Positions 18,735 to 28,405 of a stretch of DNA of 55,690 nt are shown piece after piece. Under the pieces are notes generated by a model. That model was not told the origin of the DNA. It worked only from the letters and a program-made list of their open reading frames with translations, and searched no databases. This stretch comes from Paracoccaceae bacterium (GTDB lineage Bacteria; Pseudomonadota; Alphaproteobacteria; Rhodobacterales; Rhodobacteraceae), in contig JAHELH010000001.1 of NCBI GenBank assembly GCA_024644285.1, positions 10,414-66,103 of the forward strand, written 5' to 3'. Numbering within the stretch: position 1 is the stretch's first letter; each line of letters opens with the position of its first letter. The translations under genes were made by a program, and so were the position numbers.

Positions 18735-20285
18735 ATGCAAGACAGTATTTTTATCGGCGGCGGCGGCGAAGACTATGCCGAGCCGCAGGGACTTTTGCTG
18801 AAATACGCCAACCGCCACGGCCTGATAGCCGGGGCAACGGGAACCGGCAAAACGGTTACATTGCAGATACTTGCAGAGGGTTTTTCAAGCATCGGCGTGC
18901 CGGTCTTCCTGTCCGATGTCAAAAGCGACCTGGCAGGGCTGGCGAAATCCGGGTCCGAGGATTTCAAGCTGCACGACGCGTTCATGAAACGGGCCGGAAC
19001 GATCGGTTTCGGCGATTACGGCTACCGGTCCTTCCCGGTCACCTTCTGGGATCTGTTCGGTGAACAGGGTCACCCGATCCGCACCACCGTGGCCGAGATG
19101 GGGCCTCTGCTTCTGGCGCGGATGCTGGGGCTTACCGACGCGCAGGAGGGCGTTCTGAACATCGCGTTCCGGGTCTCGGACGAACAGGGGCTGCCGCTCC
19201 TGGATCTGAAGGATCTTCAGGCGCTGCTGCTCTGGGTGGGGCAGAATGCCGAGGATCTCAGCCTGCGCTACGGCAACGTTGCCACGTCCTCGGTGGGGGC
19301 GATCCAGCGTCAGTTGCTGGTGCTGGAAAACCAGGGCGGAGCCCAGCTTTTCGGCGAGCCTGCGCTGGAACTGGCCGACATCATGCGCACCGATGCGGAC
19401 GGGCGCGGGCGCATCTCGATCCTGGCCGCCGACAAGCTGATGGCCTCGCCCACGCTCTACGCCACCTTCCTGCTGTGGCTGCTCAGCGAGCTTTTCGAGG
19501 AACTGCCCGAGGTGGGCGATCCGGACAAGCCGAGGCTGGTCTTCTTCTTCGACGAGGCGCACCTTCTGTTCAACGACGCGCCCAAGGCGCTGGTTCACAA
19601 GGTGGAACAGGTGGCGCGGCTGATCCGGTCCAAGGGCGTCGGCGTTTATTTCATCACCCAGAACCCCGACGACGTGCCCGAGGATGTGCTGGGCCAGCTT
19701 GGCAACCGCATCCAGCACGCGCTGCGCGCCTTCACCGCGCGTGACCAGCAGGCGCTGCGCAAGGCGGCGCAAACCTATCGCGACAACCCGCGCTTTTCGA
19801 CCGAGGACGCGATCCGCGAGGTTGGCGTGGGCGAGGCGGTGACTTCGATGCTCGAACGCAAGGGCGCGCCGGGGATCGTGGAACGCACACTGATCCGCCC
19901 GCCGTCATCGCAGCTGGGCCCGATCGCGCCTGCCGAACGCGCGGCTGTGGTCAAGGCGTCCCCGGTCTATGGCAAGTACGAAACGGCCGTGGACCGGGAA
20001 AGCGCCTACGAGACGCTGAAGAAACGCGCCGACGAGGCGGCGAAGGAAGCCGAGGCGGCGGAAGCGGCCGAGGCGGCGCAGGAAGAAAAAGAGCGCGAGT
20101 TCGCCCAGGCGCGGCGCTGGGATGGCGGCGGCGCGACGACGTCGCGCCGGCGCTCCACCAGCCGGCGGCGCACGCCGGACTCGATGGGCGAGGCGCTGGG
20201 GCAGGCGGTGATAAAGGAGCTTGGCGGCACCACCGGCCGGCGCATCATCCGCGGCATCCTGGGCGGTCTGTTCCGGGGACGGTAG
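18735..20285 (+). CDS. HerA-like helicase domain protein (DUF853 / YjgR-like P-loop ATPase)
   Basis: Walker A GATGTGKT and Walker B-like [12 protein letters not shown]. Charged C-terminal tail rich in Glu/Ala, then Arg/Ser/Gly. Trimmed to [11 protein letters not shown] (residue 130 of the track ORF). Confidence 0.9.
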   Translation: MQDSIFIGGGGEDYAEPQGLLLKYANRHGLIAGATGTGKTVTLQILAEGFSSIGVPVFLSDVKSDLAGLAKSGSEDFKLHDAFMKRAGTIGFGDYGYRSFPVTFWDLFGEQGHPIRTTVAEMGPLLLARMLGLTDAQEGVLNIAFRVSDEQGLPLLDLKDLQALLLWVGQNAEDLSLRYGNVATSSVGAIQRQLLVLENQGGAQLFGEPALELADIMRTDADGRGRISILAADKLMASPTLYATFLLWLLSELFEELPEVGDPDKPRLVFFFDEAHLLFNDAPKALVHKVEQVARLIRSKGVGVYFITQNPDDVPEDVLGQLGNRIQHALRAFTARDQQALRKAAQTYRDNPRFSTEDAIREVGVGEAVTSMLERKGAPGIVERTLIRPPSSQLGPIAPAERAAVVKASPVYGKYETAVDRESAYETLKKRADEAAKEAEAAEAAEAAQEEKEREFAQARRWDGGGATTSRRRSTSRRRTPDSMGEALGQAVIKELGGTTGRRIIRGILGGLFRGR

Positions 20286-20618
20286 CCGACGCGCCGGCAC
20301 TTTCCAGAAGCGCCGCCAGCAGCCGCGCCGATGCCTCGGGATGGGTCATGATCGCGAAATGCCCGGCACCCGCGACGACTGCCGTCCGCGCGCCGGGAAT
20401 CGCCTGGGCCAATGTCGCCGTGATCCGCCGCATCACGGGCACCGCGCGGCGGCTACGGCGAGACCGACGATCCCCGCGACCTCGATGCGGCTTGGCAGGT
20501 GAGACTGCATCTCGCGCCAGGCGGATGGCGTACTGAAGGACCCGGCCACGAAGAGGATCGGCGACCCGTCGCCGCCATCCTCTGCCCAGTCGAATCTGCG
20601 GCCTGCCTGTTCGAACAT
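20245..20618 (-). pseudogene. Alpha/beta hydrolase remnant (internal deletion plus frameshift)
   Basis: Two short ORFs in different frames. The N-terminal piece has PILFVAGSFSTPSAW. The C-terminal piece has AIPGARTAVVAGAGHFAIMTHPE (catalytic-His region). The GXSXG nucleophile core is absent. Confidence 0.55.
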
Positions 20619-20633
20619 TGCCGCGACGCCCGG

Positions 20634-21944
20634 CTAGCTCAGCGGCCGGATGTTCAGACGCGTGATTCGGTTGTCCTTGCGCGCCACCACTTCGATCCGG
20701 AAGCCATGGAATGAAAAGACCTGGCCCTGGTTCGGGATGGTCTGCGCCTCGTGAATCACCAGGCCGGCGATGGTGTTGGCCTCGTCGTCCGGCAGGTTCC
20801 AGTCGTTGGCGCGGTTGAGATCGCGGATCGTCATCGCGCCGTCCACAAGATAGCTGCCATCGTCGGTCTGGCGCACCGGGTGCTCTGCATCGACGTCGAA
20901 CTCGTCAGTGATCTCGCCGACGATCTCTTCGAGGATGTCCTCCAGCGTGATCAGCCCCTCGAGGCTGCCATATTCGTCCACCACCAGCGCGAAATGCGTA
21001 TGCCGGCGCAGGAACTGGCGCATCTGGTCGTCGAGCGTCGTGGTTTCGGGGACAAAATAGGGCTTCATCGCGACCTCGGCGATGTTGAAATCCGCGAACG
21101 GATCCTCGTCCGGCGCGGCATCCCGGGTGCGCGCATACATGCTGCGCAACAGGTCCTTGGCATGGACCACGCCGATGATGTTCTCGCTCTCGCCGCGGAA
21201 GACCGGCAGCCGGGTATAGGCGGATCTCAGGCATTGCTCGAGGATGTCGACCGGCGGCGATTCGGCGTCGATCATCTCGATCTGGCTGCGATGCAGCATG
21301 ATTTCCTCGACCGTGCGATCGCCGAGATCGAGCGCGCCGAGCAGCCTGTCGCGGTCCTCCTTTTCTACCGCGCCCTCGGAATGACCCAGCGTGATCGCGC
21401 CGGCGATTTCGTCCCGCACCGCGAGGATATGGCTGTCGGGGTCGGTCTTGACACCGAAGATGCTAAGCAGGCCGCGCACCAGCGCGCGCACCGCCGACAC
21501 GACGGGGCTGAAGACCAGGATCACCACCGAGATCGGCACGGCCACTTTCGAGGCCGCGGTTTCGGCATTGGTGATGGCATAGGTCTTGGGCAGCACCTCG
21601 GCGAAAATCAGCACCAGGAAGGTCATCACCAACGTGGCCAGCGCCACCCCGGATTCGCCGAACAGTCTCGTGAACATCGCCGTCGCCAGCGAGGCCGCCA
21701 GGATGTTCACCAGGTTGTTGCCCAGCAGGACCGATCCGATCAGGCGCTCGTTGTCCTCGGTGATCTTCAGCGCCCGTTCGGCGCCCTTCGAGCCCTTGTC
21801 GGCCCGGGCATGCAGCTTGCCGCGCGAGGCCGCGGTCAGCGCCGTCTCGGATCCCGAAAAGAACGCCGACATCACCAAGAGCCCCAGGATCGCCACGGCG
21901 CTGATCCAAAAGGCAGTGTCGAGTAGCGTGCCGGCGCCGTCCAT
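20634..21944 (-). CDS. CNNM/TlyC-family transporter (DUF21-CBS-CorC_HlyC)
   Basis: 436 aa from MDGAGTLLDT, with an FFSGSETAL DUF21 motif, a CBS pair and a C-terminal CorC domain. The 710-aa track ORF is an upstream over-extension. Confidence 0.9.
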   Translation of the reverse strand: MDGAGTLLDTAFWISAVAILGLLVMSAFFSGSETALTAASRGKLHARADKGSKGAERALKITEDNERLIGSVLLGNNLVNILAASLATAMFTRLFGESGVALATLVMTFLVLIFAEVLPKTYAITNAETAASKVAVPISVVILVFSPVVSAVRALVRGLLSIFGVKTDPDSHILAVRDEIAGAITLGHSEGAVEKEDRDRLLGALDLGDRTVEEIMLHRSQIEMIDAESPPVDILEQCLRSAYTRLPVFRGESENIIGVVHAKDLLRSMYARTRDAAPDEDPFADFNIAEVAMKPYFVPETTTLDDQMRQFLRRHTHFALVVDEYGSLEGLITLEDILEEIVGEITDEFDVDAEHPVRQTDDGSYLVDGAMTIRDLNRANDWNLPDDEANTIAGLVIHEAQTIPNQGQVFSFHGFRIEVVARKDNRITRLNIRPLS

Positions 21945-22007
21945 GGTTTTCCTGTCTTTCCTTGGGGTGATCCGTGTTATGGGGCGGGTTGAGAGGGCTT
22001 TCAAGGG

Positions 22008-22832
22008 ATGGTCATGCCGCGCACGCCCAAGCATCGCGATCTGGGCGGTCTGGACGGTCCGGTCCTCGTCTTCGGCGGGCCCTATTCGAATCTTCAGGCG
22101 ACGCAGGCGCTGATCGCCGAGGCGCAGGCGCGCGGGATCGGTCCGGATCGCATGATCTGCACCGGCGACGCGGTGGCCTATTGCGCCGACGCGCCGGCGA
22201 CCGTGGCGGCGCTGCGCGATCTCGGCTGCGCGGTGGTGGCCGGCAATTGCGAGCGCCAGCTGGCGGCGGGCGCGGCAGAGTGCGGCTGCGGCTTCGAAGA
22301 GGGCGGCGCCTGCGATGTGCTGGCGGCCGGGTGGTACGCGCATGCGGACAGGACGGTGGGTCCGGAAGATCGCGCCTGGATGGGCACCTGTCCCGACATC
22401 GTGACCTTCACGCAAGGAGGCCGGCGCTGCGCGGTCCTCCACGGCGGGTTGAGCGACATCTCCCGTTTTCTCTGGCCAGTCTCGCCCGCCGCCGACTTCG
22501 AGGAGGAGATCGCGCTGACAAGCGCGGCGGTCGGCGCGGTCGACATCGTGCTGGCGGGACATTGCGGCATCGCGTTCCAGCGGCAGATCGGTGACGTGAC
22601 GTGGATCAATGCCGGCGCGATCGGATTGCCGCCGCACGACGCGCGGCCCGAGACACGGTTCGCGGTGCTGGATGCGGGCAGGGCGGTGATCCACCGGTTG
22701 CGCTACGATCACCGGGGCGCGCAGCAAGCGATGCGGGCGGCCGGGCTGGGGCAAGGGGGGTATCACGACACCTTGACCGCCGGCATTTGGCCCAGCGAGG
22801 AGGTGCTGCCGGAAGAATTGCGCCGCGGCTGA
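22008..22832 (+). CDS. Metallophosphoesterase family protein
   Basis: VFGGPYSN, CTGDAVAY, GNCE and GHCG motifs match calcineurin-like phosphoesterase metal ligands. Confidence 0.8.
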   Translation: MVMPRTPKHRDLGGLDGPVLVFGGPYSNLQATQALIAEAQARGIGPDRMICTGDAVAYCADAPATVAALRDLGCAVVAGNCERQLAAGAAECGCGFEEGGACDVLAAGWYAHADRTVGPEDRAWMGTCPDIVTFTQGGRRCAVLHGGLSDISRFLWPVSPAADFEEEIALTSAAVGAVDIVLAGHCGIAFQRQIGDVTWINAGAIGLPPHDARPETRFAVLDAGRAVIHRLRYDHRGAQQAMRAAGLGQGGYHDTLTAGIWPSEEVLPEELRRG

Positions 22833-22850
22833 TCCGCGGTCACCCGGTTG

Positions 22851-23777
22851 TCAGGACGGCCGCGACAGCGGGTGATGCTCCAGCACCAACTCCTTGAGGC
22901 GCTCGTCCAGCACGTGGGTGTAGATCTCCGTCGTCGAGACGTCGGCATGGCCCAGCAGCGTCTGGATCGCGCGCAGATCGGCGCCGTTGGCCAGCAGATG
23001 CGTGGCGAAGGCGTGCCGCAGCGTGTGCGGCGAGACCTTGGACGGGCTGACGCCGCCCTGCACGGCGAACTCCTTGATCAGCGTGTAGAACCGGTGCCGT
23101 GTCAGGTGGCCCGACGCCCCGCGCGAGGCGAACAGAAAACGCGAGGGCGGCCGCCCCTTGGCCCGGGCTAGATCCTCGGCGCGGTCGCGCTCGGCCAGCC
23201 AGGCGGCAAGGGCTTGGCGCGCGGGCGGCGACAGCGGCACCATCCGTTCCTTGCCGCCCTTGCCGCGGATCAGCAGCATCCTCGGATCGCCGCGCGCGGC
23301 GGCCAGCGGCAGGCTGACCAGCTCGCTGACCCGCATCCCTGTGGCATAGAGCAGTTCCATCAGGCAGGCGTTGCGCAGCCGGTCCGCCCGCGTCCGGCCC
23401 GAGGCGCGCGCCGCCTTCAACAGCGCATCGACCTCGGCCAGGCTCAGGGTCTTGGGAAGGGATTTCTCACGCCCGGGCCCCTTGATCTGGAGTGCCGGAT
23501 TGTCGGCCCGCCAGCCTTCTTCAAAGGCAAAGCGGTAAAGCTGCTTGATCGCCGAAAGCCGGCGCGCCCGGGTGGCGCGCGCTAGTCCCTGCGCATCGCA
23601 ATCCACCAGATAGGCTTCGACATCGGCGCGCGTGGCGGCCTCCAGCGACAGGCCGCGGTCGCCGAGCCATGCGTCGAAATCCTTCAGGTCGCGGGCATAG
23701 GCCAGCTGCGTGTTGTGCGCCGCGTCCAGCTCCGCCGCCTGGGCTTCCAGAAACGTCGCGATCCAGCGCCGGCTCAT
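22851..23777 (-). CDS. xerD: Site-specific tyrosine recombinase XerD
   Basis: LAYARDL and LYATGMRVSELV motifs, the HTLRHAFATHLL and LLGHADVSTTEIYTHV catalytic R-H-R-Y region, and a XerD-length protein (308 aa). Confidence 0.92.
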   Translation of the reverse strand: MSRRWIATFLEAQAAELDAAHNTQLAYARDLKDFDAWLGDRGLSLEAATRADVEAYLVDCDAQGLARATRARRLSAIKQLYRFAFEEGWRADNPALQIKGPGREKSLPKTLSLAEVDALLKAARASGRTRADRLRNACLMELLYATGMRVSELVSLPLAAARGDPRMLLIRGKGGKERMVPLSPPARQALAAWLAERDRAEDLARAKGRPPSRFLFASRGASGHLTRHRFYTLIKEFAVQGGVSPSKVSPHTLRHAFATHLLANGADLRAIQTLLGHADVSTTEIYTHVLDERLKELVLEHHPLSRPS

Positions 23778-25306
23778 CCGCGGCTTTCCAGCAGCATCAG
23801 TTGCAGACCCATGCGCCGCGCCACGTCTTCCAGACCCACCGCCCGGAACAACGCAAGCGCATCGGCCAATTGGTCGAGATCGCCGTGCGCCGCCTCGGAC
23901 GCCATGTCCATGGCGCGCAGGATGGCGGCGCCAAGCTCGTCATTTTCGACCATCCGCGAAAGCGCGTCCGGCGGCGCATCGGCAAGGAAGCCGTCCGCGA
24001 TGGCTTGCGCCAAGTCATCGGGCGCGGCAATCCCCGCCAGCATGCCCTTGGCCAGGCCCACCAGGAACCGCTCTTCCGCGGTCTGCGGCTCGTGCGCCGA
24101 CGCCGCGGATTCGTAGTCGTCCGACAACAACCCGATGCGAAATGCCATGTCCTTTGTCGCGCCTGTCAGCGGCAATGCCGCCAAGCGCTTGCCATAGAGC
24201 CGTGCAAACAATGTCTCGAGCGACTGCGAACGCATCGCCCGCCACGCCGCGGGCAATGCGGCTGCCACGGCCTCTACATCGCCGGCCGTGACCGCGGCAT
24301 CCAGCCGCTGCACCGCCTGCACGCGATCCCAGACCCCGCCCGAAGCCGCCGGGCGGCGTTCGGTGTAAAGGCCTAGCAACTTGTTGTCGTCAAGCGCGCC
24401 GCTGCGGGCAAGCCGCTCTGCCGCGACGATCTGCGCCTTCCAGCCGTTGTTCGGCCCCAGATCGGTATGGGCGTAGGCCAAGGGCAGGCTGGAGGTGGGC
24501 AACGCCTCGCCGATTGCTTCGTAAAGCCGGAATTCCAGCGGGCTGGGCCGGGTGGGCGCACGCAGGGGCGGCGCCTCGTCAAAGCCCTCCAGATCGAGGA
24601 AACGGTTGAGCAGCGCCTCTTGCGCCACGTCCAGGTCGCCCAGCGCGCGGCCGGTGTCGAGCGTGACGGCTGCGGCATCCCAGTCGCCGCTTCGCGCCAG
24701 GCAGAAGATCCGCGCGGGCAAGGTGGGCGACAGGTCTGGATTGCCGCGCAGGCGGGCGCAGGCGGCATCCTCTGTGCCGGTCAGCAAGCTGGCATCGAAC
24801 CAGCGGCGAAAAAGCTCGGGCCGGGCGGTGCCCGCGCGCTCCAACAGCGCCTGCGCCTGATCCACCGCGCCCAGCCGCAACAGGGTGTCGATGCGCGCCA
24901 GGAACAGCAGCGCCGACGGGTCGGTGTCGGCGGGCGGGTCCAGTTCCGCCAATAGCAGCGTGTACAGAAGCTCGCGCAGCGCCGGCACCAGGTTGGTGTC
25001 GAGCCGGGTCAGCATGCGGGCAAGCTCTTGGCTGCGGGTGGCGCCCCAGAGCGTTCGCGGCAGCCCGGTTACGCTAACCGGCAGCAATCCGACCGCATCC
25101 GAGGACGGGTCGTCCAGAGGGGTGACCGTGATCACCTCGGTCGCGGTGCGCCCGGTCGCGGCAGGCTCCGGCGGCAATGCCGCCGTGATATCCGGCGTAT
25201 TCAGGCTGTCCGACAACCAGTCGATGGCCGACATCGGCGCCTGCGACTGCGCCTGTGCGCTGCCGGCCAGCAGGCCGGCCAAAAGAAGGGTTCGGTCAAT
25301 TCGCAT
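23774..25306 (-). CDS. Exported hypothetical protein (helical-repeat-like)
   Basis: 510 aa with signal peptide MRIDRTLLLAGLLAGSAQAQ. Leu/Ala-rich helical composition and high GC3. Its stop overlaps the xerD start (ATGA). Confidence 0.7.
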   Translation of the reverse strand: MRIDRTLLLAGLLAGSAQAQSQAPMSAIDWLSDSLNTPDITAALPPEPAATGRTATEVITVTPLDDPSSDAVGLLPVSVTGLPRTLWGATRSQELARMLTRLDTNLVPALRELLYTLLLAELDPPADTDPSALLFLARIDTLLRLGAVDQAQALLERAGTARPELFRRWFDASLLTGTEDAACARLRGNPDLSPTLPARIFCLARSGDWDAAAVTLDTGRALGDLDVAQEALLNRFLDLEGFDEAPPLRAPTRPSPLEFRLYEAIGEALPTSSLPLAYAHTDLGPNNGWKAQIVAAERLARSGALDDNKLLGLYTERRPAASGGVWDRVQAVQRLDAAVTAGDVEAVAAALPAAWRAMRSQSLETLFARLYGKRLAALPLTGATKDMAFRIGLLSDDYESAASAHEPQTAEERFLVGLAKGMLAGIAAPDDLAQAIADGFLADAPPDALSRMVENDELGAAILRAMDMASEAAHGDLDQLADALALFRAVGLEDVARRMGLQLMLLESRG

Positions 25307-25424
25307 TCAGCTGCACGGGCGTGGTGACATCGGTCTGTTCCGGCGTCAGGTCGCCGAAATAGGCAAAGCCGACAAGGCCCAGACCCCCGAGAATCAGTAC
25401 CACGAATAGGAATTTGAATAGCAT
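25296..25424 (-). CDS. Small single-pass membrane protein (42 aa), unannotated
   Basis: MLFKFLFVVLILGGLGLVGFAYFGDLTPEQTDVTTPVQLNAN. The 3-prime end overlaps the start of the 510-aa gene by 11 nt. An alternative in-frame ATG lies at 25430. Confidence 0.45.
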   Translation of the reverse strand: MLFKFLFVVLILGGLGLVGFAYFGDLTPEQTDVTTPVQLNAN

Positions 25425-25561
25425 GCCCATGCGGTTACTGCCTTTTCTTCGCGCTGTATGCCCGTCTCTGCGGGCTTGGTGTTGCGATTATATATGGCAT
25501 TTCCGGCGGCTTCCCGCCATTGAGATCGAAATGAAAAGCGATAGGCGGGACGCTGCCGGTT

Positions 25562-26110
25562 TTGGCTTGGGACCTGAAAAAGACCGTGGCCCTTGTGGGC
25601 ATGATGGGATCGGGCAAGACCGCGGTCGGAACTGCGCTTGCGCGCAGGCTCGATGTGCCGATCCTCGATTCCGACACCGAAATCGTGCGCGCCGCCAACA
25701 TGTCGATCGCCGAGATCTTCGAACGCTACGGCGAGCCGTTCTTCCGCGAGAAGGAAACCCAGGTCATCACCAGGCTCTTGGAGACGGAACGCTGCGTTCT
25801 GTCCACCGGCGGTGGCGCTTACCTGACGCCGCAAAATCGCTGCGTGATCTCGAGCAAGGGCGTGGCCGTCTGGCTGCGCGCCGACCTGGATCTGTTGTGG
25901 GCGCGGGTGCGGCACAAGTCGACCCGGCCGCTGTTGCGCACCGCCAGTCCCTTCGAAACGCTGAAGGAACTCTGCGAAGCCCGCAACCCGGTCTATGCGC
26001 TCGCCGACCTCGTCGTCGACGCAGATCCCGACTATTCGATCGAGGACATGACCGATCGCGTGGTCGAGGCGCTGACGACGCGTGCCGATGTGCTGGAGGC
26101 CGTGCCATGA
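25562..26110 (+). CDS. aroK: Shikimate kinase
   Basis: LVGMMGSGKT P-loop, and DSD and STGGG motifs. Apparent TTG start. Confidence 0.9.
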   Translation: MAWDLKKTVALVGMMGSGKTAVGTALARRLDVPILDSDTEIVRAANMSIAEIFERYGEPFFREKETQVITRLLETERCVLSTGGGAYLTPQNRCVISSKGVAVWLRADLDLLWARVRHKSTRPLLRTASPFETLKELCEARNPVYALADLVVDADPDYSIEDMTDRVVEALTTRADVLEAVP

Positions 26111-27222
26111 CGAATACCGTGCGCGTGTCGCTGGATACGCGGTCCTACGACGTGCAGATCGGGTGCGGGCTGATCGGTGATGCGGGGCGACAGATGTCGC
26201 CGCTGCTTGCGCGGCCCCGCGTCGCGATACTGACCGACGAGAAGGTGGCGGGCCTGCATCTGGAGGCACTGCGCGACGGGCTGTCGGTCGTCGGCATCGA
26301 CAGCGACACGCTGGCCCTGCCGCCCGGCGAGGCGACCAAAAGCTGGGCGCAGCTGTCGCGCTCCGTCGAATGGCTGCTGGAGCGCAGGATCGAGCGGCGC
26401 GACGTCGTGGTCGCCCTTGGCGGCGGCGTGATCGGCGATCTGGCGGGCTTTGCCGCGGCGATCCTGCGGCGCGGGGTGCGGTTCGTGCAGATCCCGACCT
26501 CGCTGCTGGCGCAGGTGGATTCGTCTGTCGGCGGCAAGACCGGCATCAACACACCCCAAGGCAAGAACCTGGTGGGCGCGTTTCACCAGCCGTCGCTGGT
26601 GCTGGCCGATATCGGCGTGCTCGACACGCTGAGCGCGCGCGATTTCCTCGCCGGCTACGGCGAGGTGGTGAAATACGGGCTTCTGGGCGATGCCGGTTTC
26701 TTCGAATGGCTCGAGCGCCACGGCCCGGTCCTGGCCGTCGGAGACCGCGAACTCAGAGCAGAGGCAGTGCGCCGGTCCGTCCAGATGAAGGCCGACATCG
26801 TGGCGCGCGACGAAACCGAGCAGGGCGACCGGGCGCTGCTCAATCTCGGGCACACCTTCTGCCATGCGCTGGAAGCGGCGACAGGCTATTCCGAACGGCT
26901 GCTTCACGGCGAGGGCGTCGCCATCGGTTGCGCGCTGGCCTTCGAGACCTCGGCGCGGCTGGGTCTGTGCCCGCAGGAAGAGCCCAGCCGCGTGCGGGCG
27001 CATCTCAAGGCGATGGGCATGAAGACCGACCTGCGCGACATCCCGGGCGATCTGCCGGATGCGGACGGCCTTTTGGCGCTGATGGCGCAGGACAAGAAGG
27101 TGATCGACGGGCAGCTGCGGTTCATTCTGGCGCGCGGGATCGGGCAGGCCTTCGTGGCAGAGGATGTCGATCCGGGGATCGTTCGCGGGGTTCTGGCCGA
27201 CGCGCTGGACAGCCGCATCTGA
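26107..27222 (+). CDS. aroB: 3-dehydroquinate synthase
   Basis: GGGVIGDLAGFAAA, VDSSVGGKTGIN, GEVVKYG, NLGHTFCHALE and HGEGVAIG motifs. ATGA overlap with the aroK stop. Confidence 0.93.
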   Translation: MTNTVRVSLDTRSYDVQIGCGLIGDAGRQMSPLLARPRVAILTDEKVAGLHLEALRDGLSVVGIDSDTLALPPGEATKSWAQLSRSVEWLLERRIERRDVVVALGGGVIGDLAGFAAAILRRGVRFVQIPTSLLAQVDSSVGGKTGINTPQGKNLVGAFHQPSLVLADIGVLDTLSARDFLAGYGEVVKYGLLGDAGFFEWLERHGPVLAVGDRELRAEAVRRSVQMKADIVARDETEQGDRALLNLGHTFCHALEAATGYSERLLHGEGVAIGCALAFETSARLGLCPQEEPSRVRAHLKAMGMKTDLRDIPGDLPDADGLLALMAQDKKVIDGQLRFILARGIGQAFVAEDVDPGIVRGVLADALDSRI

Positions 27223-27238
27223 CGCGCCGATCTCTGCG

Positions 27239-28312
27239 CTACGAGCGCGCGCGCCGCAACACCATCAATTCGCCGATGTTTTCACGGGTTATGTAGCCCA
27301 GGAACAGGCCGTGCTCGTCGCAGACCGCGACCGCCGGCGTGTTGCCGGACAGTCCCTCGAGCACCTCGGACAGCGGCGCGGTCAGGCCGATCGTGGGAAT
27401 CTCGGCGACCATCACCTCGTCGGCGCGGCGGCGCGGCCCGCCGCCGGCGGCCTCGAAGATCGCGTCGCGCGTGACAAAGCCGTGCAGCCGGCCGTCCGCG
27501 TCGATCACCGGAAACTCGTGCTGGGTGGTGCGCAGCAGCCCCGCCGACATCGCCATCAGCCCGTCATCGGGACGCAAGGCTTCGTAGGAGGTGATCATCG
27601 CCTCGCGGGCCGGGATGCCCTCGGTGGTCATCCGCATCTGCATGTGGGCATTTTCGGCATTGGCGGCGGCGAAGACGAAAAAGGCGATGAGCAGCAGGAT
27701 CAGGTTGCCGCTGAGCAGGCCCATCAGGCCAAACGCCACGGCGATCGCCTGACCGATTCCGGCCGCCACCGAGGTCGCCCGCTGCGCGCCCAGCCACAGC
27801 GACAGCGCGGCGCGCAGCACGCGCCCGCCATCCATCGGAAAGGCCGGGACCATGTTGAACAGGACCAGGAAAAGGTTCACCGCGGCAAGCTGTCCGATGA
27901 AGTTCGCCCCCGCCTGGTCCAGCGTCTCGAGTTCGGTCACCCGGGTCTCGGCGCCGATGACCAGGACCAGAACCGCCCAGATCACCACGTTCACCGCCGG
28001 GCCGGCCACCGCGACCCAGATCTCGTGGATCGGGTTGTCCGGCATCCGCTCCAGCCGCGCGACGCCGCCGATGGGCAAAAGCGTGATGTCGGGCGTGGCG
28101 ATGCCATAGCGCCGCGCCATCAGCGCGTGGCCGAATTCATGCGCGACGACGCAGCCGAACAGCGCCACGACGAACATCACGTTCCACAGCGCCTGGCCCG
28201 GTCCGCCCTCGATCCAGGCCGAGACACCGATCCAGAGCAGCAACAGGAAGAACGTCGCGTGAACGCGCAGTTCCGAGCCGAACAGGCGGCCGATTGGATA
28301 GGACCAGGGCAT
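27239..28312 (-). CDS. Site-2 protease family (M50) metalloprotease with C-terminal CBS pair
   Basis: HEFGHAL zinc motif in a TM helix, an NLFPAFPMDGG-like motif (MVPAFPMDGG), and a C-terminal CBS-like region. Confidence 0.88.
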   Translation of the reverse strand: MPWSYPIGRLFGSELRVHATFFLLLLWIGVSAWIEGGPGQALWNVMFVVALFGCVVAHEFGHALMARRYGIATPDITLLPIGGVARLERMPDNPIHEIWVAVAGPAVNVVIWAVLVLVIGAETRVTELETLDQAGANFIGQLAAVNLFLVLFNMVPAFPMDGGRVLRAALSLWLGAQRATSVAAGIGQAIAVAFGLMGLLSGNLILLLIAFFVFAAANAENAHMQMRMTTEGIPAREAMITSYEALRPDDGLMAMSAGLLRTTQHEFPVIDADGRLHGFVTRDAIFEAAGGGPRRRADEVMVAEIPTIGLTAPLSEVLEGLSGNTPAVAVCDEHGLFLGYITRENIGELMVLRRARS

Positions 28313-28334
28313 GCCGAGCCTCTCGATCAGACGG

Positions 28335-28352
28335 GGCGGTTACGTAACTGCC
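28335..28352. promoter_or_regulatory. Near-perfect 18-bp palindrome (core GTTACGTAAC)
   Basis: GGCGGTTACGTAACTGCC, located 23-40 nt upstream of the M50-CBS start codon in the 93-bp ssb/M50 spacer. Confidence 0.25.
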
Positions 28353-28405
28353 TCGCCACTGAATCTAGGGGCCCCGAGCGCGGAAGAAAGCCCGAATTCA
28401 GGCTG

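Noticed and set aside
18735-20285. HerA-like ATPase as a possible anti-phage defence component.
   Set aside because: It matches the stand-alone DUF853/YjgR type. No NurA, Sir2, nuclease or other effector partner is adjacent. Its neighbours are ialB and a decayed hydrolase, so there is no sequence support for a defence system.
21945-22766. N-terminal 274-residue extension of the CNNM/TlyC ORF. Analogous extensions occur at 18348-18734, 25414-26106, 40824-41714, 28886-29107 and 51638-52000.
   Set aside because: The extensions overlap neighbouring genes, have Arg/Pro-rich junk composition, and precede the conserved family N-termini. The starts were trimmed to the conserved Met, GTG or TTG.
22851-23777. 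Tyrosine recombinase as the integrase of a mobile element.
   Set aside because: Its length, motifs and chromosomal context fit housekeeping XerD. There is no flanking tRNA, no direct repeats and no cargo genes.
25478-25500. AT-rich GGTGTTGCGATTATATATGGCAT near the xerD operon as a possible dif site.
   Set aside because: Only the left half loosely resembles the XerC arm of E. coli dif as I recall it. The XerD arm (TTATGTTAAAT-like) is absent. It is more likely promoter DNA of the divergent aroK / small-ORF spacer.
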